Source: Squalus acanthias (Eukaryota). Taken from it: a stretch of DNA of 64,000 nucleotides. Position numbers and translations under genes: made by a program. This document shows, one piece after another, positions 1 to 11,884 of the stretch; within the stretch, counting starts at the first letter, position 1; each line of letters starts with the position of its first letter. Location of the stretch: assembly GCA_030390025.1 (NCBI GenBank), contig CM059432.1, positions 57,166,001 through 57,230,000 on the forward strand, written 5' to 3'. The notes under the pieces are model-generated. The model was not told the origin of the DNA, did not search any database, and saw nothing but the letters and a program-made list of their open reading frames with translations.

Positions 1-380
1 GCCGCCAATGGTGGAACAATGAAAATCGGGGATACACAAGAGGCCAGAATTGGAGGAGCGCAAAGATCTTGGAGAGTTGTAGGAGGTTACAGAGGTAGCG
101 AGGCATTTGAAAACAAGGATGAGAAATTTAAAATCGAGGCATTGCCAGAATGGCAGTCTATGTAGGTCAGCGAGCACATGGGTGATGGGTGAACAGGACT
201 TGGGTGTGATTTAGGATACAAGCAGCAGAGTTTTAGATGATCTCAAGTTTACGGAGGGTGCAAGGTGGGAGGCCGGACAGGGGAGCATTGGAATGGTTAA
301 ATCTAGAGGTAACAAAGGCATGAATGAGGGTTTCAGCAGCAGATGAACCAAGGCAGGGACGGAAATGGGCGATGCTGCTG
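1..380 (-). mobile_element. L2-type LINE fragment (RT C-terminal region), decayed
   Basis: Minus strand near 290-335 reads ETLIHAFVTSRFNHS, resembling the L2/CR1-group 'LIHAFVTSRLDY' motif; frameshifted; truncated by the window edge. Confidence 0.7.
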
Positions 381-399
381 CTATGGGTAGTAAATGTTG

Positions 400-487
400 A
401 CTATCTACTGCAGTGTGGGTCACATGATGCAATGACCACTGAAATGTGGGACACATGCAGTGATATTAACTGCAATGTGAGGCTCAT
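400..487. repeat. Degenerate ~31-bp satellite remnant (gtgagtcacatggtgcaatatctactgcagt-like)
   Basis: About 3 diverged units (ctactgcagtgtgggtcacatgatgcaat...). The same motif resumes at ~6690 on the other side of the CR1 insertion. Confidence 0.7.
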
Positions 488-3400
488 ACAATGAATTATA
501 GAATGGTTACAGCACAGAAGGAGGCCATTTGGCCCGTCGAGACCATGCCAGCTTTCTGCAAGAGCACTTCAACTAGTCCCACTCCCCCACCCTATCCCCA
601 TAGCCCTGCAATTTTTTTTCCCTTCAGGTACTTATCCAATTCCCTTTTGAAAACCACGTTTGAATCTGCCTCCACCAACCTTTCAGGCAGTACATTCCAG
701 ATCCTAACCACTCACTGCATAAAAAAGATTTTCCTCATGTCGCCTTTGGTTCCTCTGCCAATCACCTTAACTCTGTCCTCTGGTTCTCGACCCTTCCGCC
801 ATTGGGAACAGTTTCTCTCTATCTACTCTGTCTAGACCCCTCTTGATTTTGAACACCTCTATCAAATCTCCTCTCAACCTTCTCTGCTCTAAGGAGAACA
901 ACCCCAGCTTCTCCAGTCTATCCACGTAACTGAAGTCCCTCATCCCTGGAACCATTCTTGTAAACCTTTTCTGCACCCTCTCTAAGGCCTTCACATCCTT
1001 CCTAAAGTGCAGCGCCCAAAATTGGACACAATACTCCAGTTGAGGCCGAACCAGTCTTTTATAAAGGTTCATCATAACTTTCTTGCTTTTGTACTCTATG
1101 CCTTTATTTATGAAGCCCAGGATCCCATATGCTTTTTTAACCAATTTCTCAACCTGCCCTGCCACTTTCAACGATTTGTGCACATATACCCCCAGGTCTA
1201 TCTGTTCATGCACCCCCTTTAGAATTGTACCCTTTAGTTTATATTGCCTCTCCTCGTTCTTCCTACCAAAATGTATCACTTCACACTTTTCTGCATTAAA
1301 TTTCATCTGCTACATGTCTGCCCATTCCACCAGCCTGTCTATGTCCTCTTGAAGTCTATCACTATCCTCCTCACTGTTCACTATACTTCCAAGTTTTGAG
1401 TCATTGCAAATTTTGAAATTGTGCCCTGTACACACAAGTCTAAGTCATTAATACATATCAAGAAAAGCAGTGGTTCTAGTACCGACCCCTGGGGAGCACC
1501 GCTGTATACCTTCCTCCAGTCCAAAAAACAACCGTTCACCGTTACTCTCTGTTTCTTGTCACTTAGCCAATTTCGTATCCATGCTGTCACTGTCCCTTTT
1601 ATTCCATGGGCTTCAACTTTGCTGGCAAGCCTATTATGTGGCACTTTATCAAACACCTTTTGGAAGTCCATGTCCACCACATCAACCGCATTGCCCTCAT
1701 CGACCCTCTCTGTTACCTCATCAAAAAACTGAATCAAGTTAGTTAAACACGATTTGCCTTTAACAAATCTGTGCTGGCTTTCCTTAATTAATCCACCCTT
1801 GTCCAAGTGACTGTTAATTTTGTCCCGGATTATTGTCTCTAAAAGCTTCCCCACTACCGAGGTTAAACTGACTGGCCTGTAGTTGCTGTGTTTATCCTTA
1901 CTCCCTTTTTTGAACAAGGGTGTAACATTTGCATTTCTCCAGTCCTCTGGCACTAGCCCCATATCCAAGGAGGATTGGAAGATTATGGCCAGTACCTCTG
2001 CAATTTTCACCTTTACTTCCCTCAGCATCCTAGGATGCATCCCATCCAGTCCTGGTGACTTATCTACTTTAAGTACAGCCAGCCTTTCTAGTACCTCCTC
2101 CTTATCAATTTTTATCCCATCCAGTATCTCAACTACCTCTCTTTCACTATGACTTTGGCAGCATCTTCTTCCTTGGTAAAGACAGATGCAAGGTACTCAT
2201 TTAGTACCTCAGCCATACCCTCTGCTCCATGCGTAGAGCTCCAGTTTGGTCCCTAATTGGCCCCACCCCTCCTCTTACTACCCATTTACTATTTATATGC
2301 CTATAGAAGACTTTTGGATTCCCTTTTATGTTAGCTGCCAATCTATTCTCATACACTGTCTTTGCCCCTCTTATTTCTTTTTCACTTCCCCTCTGAACTT
2401 TCTATATTCAGCCTGGTTCTCACTTGTATTCTGGACCTGACATCTGTCATACGTCCCCTTTTTCTGCTTCATCTTACTCTCTATCTCTTTTGTAATCCAG
2501 GGAGCTCTGGGTTTCGTTGCCCTACTTTTCCTCCACGTGGGAATGTTCCTCGACTATACTAGAACCACCTCCTCTTTAAAGGCAGCCAATTGTTTGATTA
2601 CAGTTTTGCCTGCCAATCTTTGATTCCAATTTACCTGGGCCAAATCCATTCTCAACCCACTGAATTTAGATTCCTCCAATTAATGATTTTTACTCTAGAT
2701 TGCTCCCTGTCCTTTTCCATAGCTAGTCTAAACCTTAAGATACTGTGATCACTGTTCCATAAATGTTCCCCTACTGATACTTGCTCTACTTAGATCACCT
2801 CATTCCCTAGAACCAGATCAAGCAATGCCTCTTTCCTCGTTGGGTTGGAAACGTACTGATCAAGAAAGTTCTCCTGAACACACTTCAGAAATTCTTCCCC
2901 TTCTCTGCCCTTTACACTATTACGATCTAAGTCTATATTAGGATAGTTGAAATCCCCCATTATCATTACTCTATAGTTCTTGCACCTCTCTGTAATTTCC
3001 CTGCAAATTTGCTCTTCTATATCCTTCCCACTAGTTGGCACCCTATAGAATACACCTTGTAGTGTAATGGCACCTCTATTTTTTCTCAATTCTAACCAAA
3101 TAGATTCTGTACTTGACCCCTCCAGGATATCCTCTCTCTCCAGCATTGTAATATTCTCCTTAATCAATACTGCCACCCCACCTCCTTTCTTTCCTTCCCT
3201 AGCTTTCTTGAACACCTTATATCCGGGAATATTTAATATCAAATCCTGCCCTTTTTTGAGCCAGGTCTCCGATATCACCATGATATCATATTCCCATGTG
3301 TCTATTTGCGCCTGCTGCTCACCAACCTTATTTACCTCACTTCGTGCATTCACACACATGCACTGTAAACCTATCTTAGACCTTCTTGTATTCTCTCTTA

Positions 3401-6400
3401 GTCTGACCCCACCTAATATTTCTTACTCTAGTGCTATCTGTCTCTCCCAATCCTTTGTGCACCTTGTTTCTCCTTTCTAATTCGATATCCTGGTGCCCAC
3501 CCCCCTGCCAAATTAGTTTAAACCCTCCCCAACAGCACTAGCAAACGAGGACATTGGTCCCAGCTCTGTTGAGGTGCAACCCGTCTGGCCTGTACAGGTC
3601 CCACCTCCCCCAGAACCGGTCTCAATATCCCAGGAATCTAAAGCCCTCCATCCTGCACCATCTCTCCAGCCACGCATTCATCTGCTCTATCCTCCTATTT
3701 CTATACTCACTAGCTCATGGCACCGGGAGTAATCCGGAGATTACTACTTTTGAGGTCCTGCTTTTTAATCTCTTTCCTAGCTCCCTAAAATCTGCCTGCA
3801 GGATCTCATCCCTCTTTCTACCTATGTCGTTGATACCGATATGGACCACGACCTCTGGCTGTTCACCCTCCCCCCTCAGAATGTTCTGCAGCTGCTCAGT
3901 GATATCCTTGACCCTGGCACCAGTGAGGCAACATACCATCCTGGAATCACGTTTGCAGCTGCAGAAATGCCTGTCTGTTCTAACTATCGAATCTCCTATC
4001 ACTATTGCTTTCCCGATCTTCCTCCTCCCCCCCTGGCGGGCAAAATAAAGGAAAATCCCAAGGTGTTTTATAAGTATATTAAGGGCAAGAGGATAACCAG
4101 GGAAAGAGTAGGGCCCATTAGGGACCAAAGTGGCAATCTGTGTGTAGAGCCGGAAGATGTAGGTGAGGTTTTAAATGAATATTTTGCATCTGTGTTCACT
4201 ATGGAGAAGGACGATTTAGGCATAGAAATCAGGCAGGGGGATTGTGATATACTTGAACAAATTAGCATTGAGAGGGAGGAGGTACTAGCGGTTTTAGCGG
4301 GCTTAAAAGTGGATAAATCCCCAGGCCCAGACGAGATGTACCCCAGGCTGCTGTGTGAGGCAAGGGAGGAGATTGCAAGGGCTCTGACACACATTTTCAG
4401 AACCTCTCTGGCCACAGGGGAGGTGCCAGAGGACTGGTGGACAGCTAACGTCGTACCATTGTTCAAGAAGGGTAGTAGGGGTAAACCAGGGAATTACAGG
4501 CCAGTGAGCCTAACATCAGTGGTAGGGAAATTATTGGAAAAAATTCTGAGGGACAGAATTAGTCTCCACTTGGAGAGGCAAGGATTAATCAAGGATAGTC
4601 AGCATGGCTTTGTCAGGGGGAGATCATGTCTAACCAATTTGATTGAATTTTTCGAGGGGATGACCAGGTGTGTGGATGAGGGTAGTGCAGTTGATGTAGT
4701 CTACATGGACTTCAGTAAGGCTTTTGACAAAGTCCCGCATGGGAGACTGGTCAAGAAGGTAAGAGCCCATGGGATCCAGGGAAATTTGGCACATTGGATC
4801 CAAAATTGGCTTAGTGGCAGGAGGCAGAGGGTGATGGTCGAAGGTTGTTTTTGTGACTGGAAGCCTGTGTCCAGTGGTGTACCGCAGGGATTGGTGTTGG
4901 GTCCCTTGCTGTTTGTAGTGTACATTAATGATTTAGATATTAATGTAGGAGGTATGATCAGTAAGTTCGCAGATGACACGAAAATTGGTGGAGTGGTAAA
5001 TAGCGAGGAGGGAAGCCTCAGGCTACAGGACAATATAGATGGGTTGGTCAGATGGGCAGAACAGTGGCAAATAGAATTTAACCCTGAAAAGTGTGAGGTG
5101 ATGCATTTTGGGAGGACTAACAAGGCAACGGAATACACAATGAATGGTAGGACCCTAGGAAGGACAGAGGATCAGAGGGACCTTGGTGTACATGTACATA
5201 GATCCCTGAAGGCAGCAGGACAGGTAGATAAGGTGGTTAAAAAGGCATATGGGATACTTCCCTTCATTAGCCGAGGCATAGAATATAAGAGCAAGGAGGT
5301 TATGATGGAGCTGTACAAAACGCTAGTTAGGCCACAGCTGGAATACTGTGTGCAGTTCTGGTCGCCACACTATAGGAAGGATGTGATTGCATTGGAGAGG
5401 GTGCAGAGGAGATTCACCAGGATGTTACCTGGGCTGGAGCGTTTCAGCTATGAAGAGAGACTGGACAGGCTGGGGTTGTTTTCCTTAGAACAGAGAAGGC
5501 TGAGGGGGGACCTGATTGAGGTGTACAAAATTATGAGGGGCATAGATAGGGTAGATAGAAAGGAACTTTTCCCCTTAGTAGAGGGATAAATAACCAGGGG
5601 GCATAGTTTCAAGGTAAGGGGCAGGGGGATTTGAGGAAAAACTTTTTCACCCAGAGGGTGGTTGGAATCTGGAACTCACTGCCTGAAAGGGTGGTAGAGG
5701 CAGGAACCCTCACAACATTCAAGAAGCATTCAGATGAGCACTTGAAACGCCATAGCATACAAGGCTATGGACCAAGTGCTGGAAAATGGGATTAGAATAG
5801 ACAGGGCTTGATGGCCGGCGCAGACACGATGGGCCGAAGGGCCTCTTTATGTGCTGTTTAACTCTGACTCTATGACCGCCCCCCTCTTTCCCTCCCCCCC
5901 CCCCCCCCCCCACCCCTGTACAGCTGAGCCACCCATGGTGCTGTGGACTTGGCTCTGGCTGTACTCCCCAGAGGAACCATCGCCCTCACCAGTATTCAGT
6001 AAATACTGGTTGGAGAGCGAGATGCACTCAAGGGATTCCTGCACTACCTGCCTGGTCCTCCTTGTCTGTCTGACGGTCACCCATTCCCTCTCTGCCTGTA
6101 CACTCTTACGCTGCGTGGTGACCACCTCCTGAAACATGCTATCCACGTAGCTCTCAGCCTCACGGATGCGCCACAGTGACGCCAGCCGCTGCTCAAGCTC
6201 CAAAACCTGGAGCTGGAGCTACTCCAGCTGATGACACTTCCTGCACATGTGGTTGTCCAGGACATGGGAATTATCCTGGAGTTCCCACATGGCATAAGAT
6301 GTGCAGTCCACTGAACCGAGGTGCCCTGCCATACCTCTACTTAATAGACTATTAAGTAACTTAACAGAAATAAACTTAAGACATAATAAAAAAAAATCAC

Positions 6401-6689
6401 CAGCTACTCACCAATCAGCTCCTTCCCTTGTGCTGACATCACTTACCTCGTTCCCTGATGCTCGCGCTCCCTCTCGGCTCTCGGCTCCTCTTGCTCTCCT
6501 GCAGGTCCGCTCTTGTGTCTATTAACTTAGAGACCTTGGGTTCTGTGGCTCCACTCCTCCTTTTCAGTTAAACGTCTCACCCGCCTTCCTCCTCTCCACC
6601 AAATTCCTGCACTCACCAAATTCCTCCACTCTGCTTGCGATCCACTCCGTTTGCGTTCTCCCAGCTCTGTCTCCAAGCTCTGTGCTCAA
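488..6689 (-). mobile_element. Near full-length CR1 LINE (5'UTR, ORF1, ORF2 EN-RT, 3' tail), decayed and interrupted by a younger CR1
   Basis: ORF1 starts at 6332 (MAGHLGSVDCTSYAMWE...CRKC...LELEQRL) and has an SGNH-like domain (IVIGDSIV...VVVHIGINDI, ~3715-4020). Endonuclease in 2790..3359 (VNARS...ISETW...MGDFNYP). RT in 767..2040. CR1 3' end at ~490-540. Candidate TSD GCTCAT at 482-487 and 6690-6695. Confidence 0.9.
4034..5875 (+). mobile_element. 5'-truncated CR1 LINE with a long open RT frame, inserted antisense into ORF1 of the older CR1
   Basis: ORF 3841..5589 is CR1 ORF2 from ~4034 (NYRPVSLTS, YMDFSKAFD, GVPQG, KFADDTK). 3' tail actctgactctatga at ~5860-5875. Host ORF1 sequence resumes after the C-run at ~5910. 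Confidence 0.92.
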
Positions 6690-7100
6690 GCTCATGAAGC
6701 ATTATGCGCTGAAGTGTGATTCATATGGGGCAATATGCATGGCAAGTAAAGACATATGGTGCATTATCAACTGCATTGCAGGTCACATGCAGCAATATCC
6801 CCTGCAGTGTGAGTTTACATGGTGCAATATCTACTGCAGCGAGTCACATGGCATTACATCTATTGCAGTGTGTGTCACATGGTGTTAAGTACACTGCACT
6901 GTGGGTAACATGGTGCAATATCCACCACACTGCGAGTTGCATGCTGCAATATGGATGCTATATTGACTGCAGTGTAAATCCTATGGTGTAATATCTACTT
7001 CAGTGTGAGGTGCATGGTGCAATATTTACCACAGTGTGTAAATATGTTCTGCAATGTGAGACAGATGGTGCACTATCTATTGCAGTGTGAAACAGTCAAT

Positions 7101-7224
7101 CACTGGGAATTTCCTCGAGGGGTCTCCTACTTGGTTGTAATGTTATCGGAAGAGCCACGGAAAGTAGGGAAAAACATAAAAATCTTTTGCATCATTTTCT
7201 AAGGTTTATGAGGAAATTCACCTC
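7101..7224. mobile_element. Short MITE-like insertion in the satellite
   Basis: Imperfect inverted ends (gggaatttcctc ... gaggaaattcac), flanked by AAT on both sides; the satellite phase continues across it. Confidence 0.5.
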
Positions 7225-7644
7225 AATATCAACTGCAGTTAGTCAACTGGTGCAATACCATGTACAATGTGAGTCACATGGTGCAATATTCACTGCAGAG
7301 AGTCACATGATGCAATATCTACTTCATAATAAAATGATGCAATATGCACAGCACTGTGAGTCATGTTGCACCATCCACTACAGTGTGAGTCATGTAGTGC
7401 AATATCTACATCAGTGTGAGAACAAAGGGGGCAATATCTAATGCAGTGAGACACATGGTGCAATATCTATTGCGGTTGACTCACGTTACAATATCCGCTG
7501 CAGCATGTAGCTGCAATATCTAATTGCAGTGTGAGTCACATAATGCAGTATCTGCTGCAGTGTGACTCTCATGGTACAATATCGACTGCAGTATGAGTCG
7601 CTTGTTGCAATATGGATGATGTTGCGAGTCACATGATGCTACAA

Positions 7645-7748
7645 AAAGAAAGAAAGACTTGCATTTATATAGCGCCTTTCACGACTATCGGACGTCTCAA
7701 AGCGCTTTACAACCAATTTGTGCAAAGCAAGCTCCCACAAACAGCAGT
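7645..7748 (-). mobile_element. 3' tail fragment of the tRNA/Deu-like SINE (L2-type tail)
   Basis: aaagaaagacttgcatttatatagcgcctttcacgac... is near-identical to 55089-55150. Confidence 0.8.
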
Positions 7749-8486
7749 GTGAGTCACATAGAGCAATATTTACTGCAGTGGGAGAGGCATGGTACAATAT
7801 CTACTTCAGCGTTAATAAAAAGGTGCAACGTGCACTGAACTGTGAGTCATGTTGCAATGTTTATGACAGTCATATAGTGCAATATCTACAGCAGCCTGTG
7901 ACATATGGTGCAATATTAGAATGACCACACGTCCCCGTTTTCCTGGAACAGTCCCCGGATGAGGAACTGTGTCCCCGGGTGAGCAATGTCCCCGGAAAAG
8001 ACCCCGGTTCACAAAACTCGTCCCCGAAGTGTACCCTTGGGCAGTGAGTGTAACCCCCGGTTTGCGGCTCTAAGGCTAAATTAAACAACAACTTGTACAA
8101 TGGCCAGAGTGACTCACTGAGCATATGTGACTGGGCGGTCTTTCTGCACATGTGCCAGTTTTTGTTTGAGTTTCCGGTGGGGCTCGTGCTGCTGGATTGT
8201 CGGCGCTGGAAGTGTCTAGGAGCAGGTGAGGGAGAGGCTGCGGGGAGGTCATGGGCACCGGGGGTGGCGTTGGGGCGGTGTCGGACATGACCTCAGCTCC
8301 CAGCAGCGGTATTTAAAGGGATCATCAACAACAACTTGCAGATGACATGGTTTCTCAGTTTGACTGGCTCTGGTTAAGTTTTTGCAACTCTTGCAGTTTT
8401 CTAAACTTGTTTAAAGTTACTGAGGTCACGTGGAGAATGCCTTGATTCTCATTTAAGGATTCTACTCGCACCACTTGCTCACAGTC

Positions 8487-9620
8487 ATGGGGGCTCTACT
8501 GGCAGTCCCCCTCATGCTAGAGTATCTTCGGGAGAGGGAGCAGAGGTAGCAAAGAAAAGAAGATGCTCGCAGATGGAGAGGAGGAGGTGAAGGGAGGGTG
8601 CAGGAGAACTCTCAACAGGAGGCCTTACCCACCTAGGATCTTCGGAGACTACTTCTCCTACCTCCATTTAAGTGAGGAGCAGTGTATTAAGAGGTTCCAT
8701 TTCACCAAGGAAGTGGTCACAGAACTCTGTCACCTCCTGTAACCAGACCTGCAGCCTTAGAGCAGGGTGACCACAGCTCTCCCAGTGGCCCTCAAGGTCA
8801 CCATGGCCCTCAATTTCTTCGCCAGCGGATCCTTCCAGTCTGCAGCAGGAGACATAGCTAACATCTCCCAGTACGCCATCCATTGCTATATCCGGGAGGC
8901 CACAGAGGCTCTCTACTCCAGGAGAAGGGACTACATTGTCTTCTCTCTGACAGAAAGAAGCAGGATGAGCGTGCATGTGGCTTTACCAGGATAGTGGGCT
9001 TCCCCATGGTGCAGGGCACCATCGACTGCACACACGTGGCTTTGCGGGCACTCTATACCAATCCTGAGATGTTCCGTAACTGTAAAGGCTACCACTCACT
9101 TAATGTGCAGTTGTTCTGTGACCACACCCAGCGCATCATGATGGTGAATGCCCGCTATCCTGGCAGCAGTCCTGATGCCTTCATCCTGCACCAGTCCAGC
9201 GTGCCAGCAATCTTCCAGCCACCACGTCAAACCCGAGGATGGCTGCTCGGAGAATAGGGCTATCTACTCTGCACCGGGCTGATGACTCCACTCTGCAACC
9301 CCACCACTCCTGCCCAGCACTCATATAATGACAGCCATGCTGCCACCAGGAACATCATCAAGCATGGTTCCGCTGCTTTGACCACTCGGGAGGAGCCCTC
9401 CAATACTCGCCGGAGCGAGTGTCTCATTTCATGGTGGTCTGCTGCATGCTCCACAATTTGCCCATCATGAGGGAGCAGCACTTACCAGCAGGGATTGCGG
9501 GACCACCTCAGGAGGAGGAGGAAGAGGAAGAGTAGGGAGGGAGGAGGAAGGTAGCAAATCCCCGTTCGGGACAGGCTTTCAGTGAACGCTTCATCAGACT
9601 CCGATTCCAGTGAATGAATC
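8487..9620 (+). pseudogene. Harbinger DDE transposase (HARBI1-like family), disrupted
   Basis: ALNFFASGSFQSAAGD, GFPMVQGTIDCTHV, NCKGYHSLNVQ, ARYPGSSPDAFIL, WLLGE*GY, YNDSHAATRNII; several stops and frameshifts. Confidence 0.88.
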
Positions 9621-9789
9621 CCCAGATCCTCGTTGCTCACCACTTCCCCATCATACCATCCCTCTGTCATGGAACATCACAGCACCCTCCTGGACACAAA
9701 GCTGAAATGAGAGCCACCACAATACACACACCCGAAACAAAAATCATCAATTTATCCGAATGCAATAAAAATTACAATATCAACTAATT

Positions 9790-11590
9790 AACAATGTACA
9801 TTCTCTTAGTGTCTGTCGTTCGTGTGCCTTTACCTACTTTAGTGCTCCTATACAGTGCTCCCCCAGTTGCTGCAGCATGGTTGGTGGAAGGCTGCTGACT
9901 TTCAGTGGGGGAGACTACAGATAGCCTTGCATGATGACCTTGACCAGCTCTGGACCTAGAAGGCCTCGGCATGGGTGGGAGCTGTCTGGGCTTTTTGGCT
10001 GATTGGCCGCAGCAAGGGTAATGGCAATGGCGGAGTGGCAGTGGTGGGAGTAGGAATGCTGTCATCCTGAGAGAGGACAGCAGGTTCCTGCTCCACTGAC
10101 CCACTGCCACTCCCCCAGGGCAGCACCTCAGAATTCCTCGCAATCTGTTCGAGGACAGATTGCTGGCCTGCTGCGATAATTTGCAAGCCCCTTTCAATAC
10201 TCGTAAACCCAGCGACGATGGAAGCAGTCTGAGCTTGCGTGGCAGCAAGCTGAGCCTGCAGAGGAGCAGTCTGCACATCCACTGCAGCACTGAGACATTG
10301 GGTTGCTTCCACCTGTGCTGCCGTGGAGGCTGTGACATTGCCCATCACACGCAGCATCATGGCTGGGTCCACAAGGTCTCTCCAAAAGTTGTCAGACTCC
10401 TTCATGCTCCTTGACACTGACAAGAGGCTCTCTGGCAGGCTTGCCATTGCACCTCGCATTTCGGTGTGAATGACCATCACCCTTCTTCTGAAGGCCGTCC
10501 CATTGAGGTCATCATCTGAGTCCTGTGGAGCAGAACTCGCAAGCGAACTCACCCTCCGAGGAGCTGTCACCCGAGCTACTCTTTCCCCCTGGCCTGGCTG
10601 CAGCCCACTCGTGCCTGGTGACACACCAGATCCCACCTCTATACTGCCCTCTAAATTCTGTGCAGTGCCGTTTTCTGAGCTAGTGTCTGAGTGTCAAATG
10701 CAGTGACAGTGTGTCTTCTTCTTCTTCTTCTTCTTTATCTCCTCCTTCACTTTGATCAAAATGAGGGCCAGGCTGTGCTGGTGGCAGTTCTTGGGTATCT
10801 GAAAGCAGAAAGGCACAAGGTTCGGGTTGTGGTGAGGGGAGGGGGGGGAAGCAAGATATCTATGCATACACCTTGTAGGTGAGAAGAGATTGTGGTATGA
10901 GGGGGAGGTGGGATGTTCGAAGAAATCATCAATGGCTTCAACTTCTCTGCTGGTCACGGACTACGTCACTGCCCCTCCAATAATTTCAAGCACCAATTTC
11001 TCTAGGCCTGTGAGGTTCTGTATTGCGACTTGGCCGCCTCCTGCCTGCCGTTGCTCCCTCCTGTTTTGTCCCATTTTGACCTGCAAGAGAAAGGGAAGTG
11101 TGTCAGTGAATGCAGTGCAATGTGTTTGGGTAATGTGCCCGCCATAGTTGAATAGCTGTCAGTGTGCGCAAGGCGTGAGATGTGGGTGTGAGTGTTGCAG
11201 CAGTGGTAAGTGTGTGAGGGTGAAGTCAAGCTCTGATTGTGAGGTGTGAGTGGTGATAGCTTGAGATTGTTGGTAGGTGAGTGATGGGGGTGTGGTGCAT
11301 AGAGCAGTGTGTGAGGCTAATGGTGCAGATGGTGGGATATGGCATTTGCTGAAGCCTTCACTCACCTTGACCTGCCATGTGAGGTGATTAAACTTTTTTT
11401 GGCACTGGATCCAGGTCTTTGGGACTGGTGGCCGTGACGGAGTCAGCTATCTCCTCCCACAGCCTTCTGCAAATGGTCTCCTGCCACCCTGTGGGTACAG
11501 AACTGCCCGCCTTCATTTCACGGCCAGGACCAAGGCCTCCAGTGCAGCGTCTGAAAACCTTCTTGCTCGCTCCCTTGGTTGCTGTGCCAT
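9790..11590 (-). pseudogene. Harbinger Myb/SANT-like DNA-binding protein gene, spliced, disrupted
   Basis: ATG at 11590 (MAQQPRERARRFSDAALEALV...RLWEEIADSVTA). Donor GTGAGT after 11366; acceptors tctcttgcag before 11080 and ttctgctttcag before 10798; long low-complexity last exon (ORFs 9956..10636 and 9784..10338). Confidence 0.7.
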
Positions 11591-11884
11591 GGCTTGCTCT
11601 ACAATGACAATGAGGTGCTTCTGCAACAAAGCACCTCCCCTTTAAGCAGTGCAGAGAGACTAGGCCAAACATTATTGGCCATTAGACTGCACCCGATATT
11701 TCCTCCCCCCACCCCCCACCCCGTTCAGTGCTAAGCCAATCAGCAGTGCGTTCAGCGCTACAATCATTATAATGAGCAGGCAGGACAAATTTTGCTTGCT
11801 GCCTGCAACACTTTGAACGGGCGTAGGCAAATAGCGCTGGCCCGTGACACTGCCCGTTTTTGGGCCATATCCAATTTCTAGGCC

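Larger units (their letters stand above)
6690..7916. repeat. Degenerate ~31-bp tandem satellite
   Basis: Recurring gtgagtcacatggtgcaatatctactgcagt-like units with many substitutions; interrupted at ~7101-7224 and ~7645-7745. Confidence 0.85.
8290..11884. mobile_element. PIF/Harbinger DNA transposon relic (convergent transposase and Myb-like genes; right TIR present, left TIR not found)
   Basis: Transposase fragments on +, Myb/SANT-like gene on -, terminal ...ccaatttctaggcc at 11884 resembling the TIRs of the MITEs in this window. The left boundary is approximate. Confidence 0.85.

Noticed and set aside
3841..5589. Domesticated or host reverse transcriptase gene
   Set aside because: The first ~64 codons are antisense ORF1 of the host CR1, and the rest is a 5'-truncated CR1 with a normal tail and sibling copies.
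8487..9620. Host HARBI1 gene
   Set aside because: Multiple stops and frameshifts, and it is paired with a Myb-like gene and a TIR as in a transposon.
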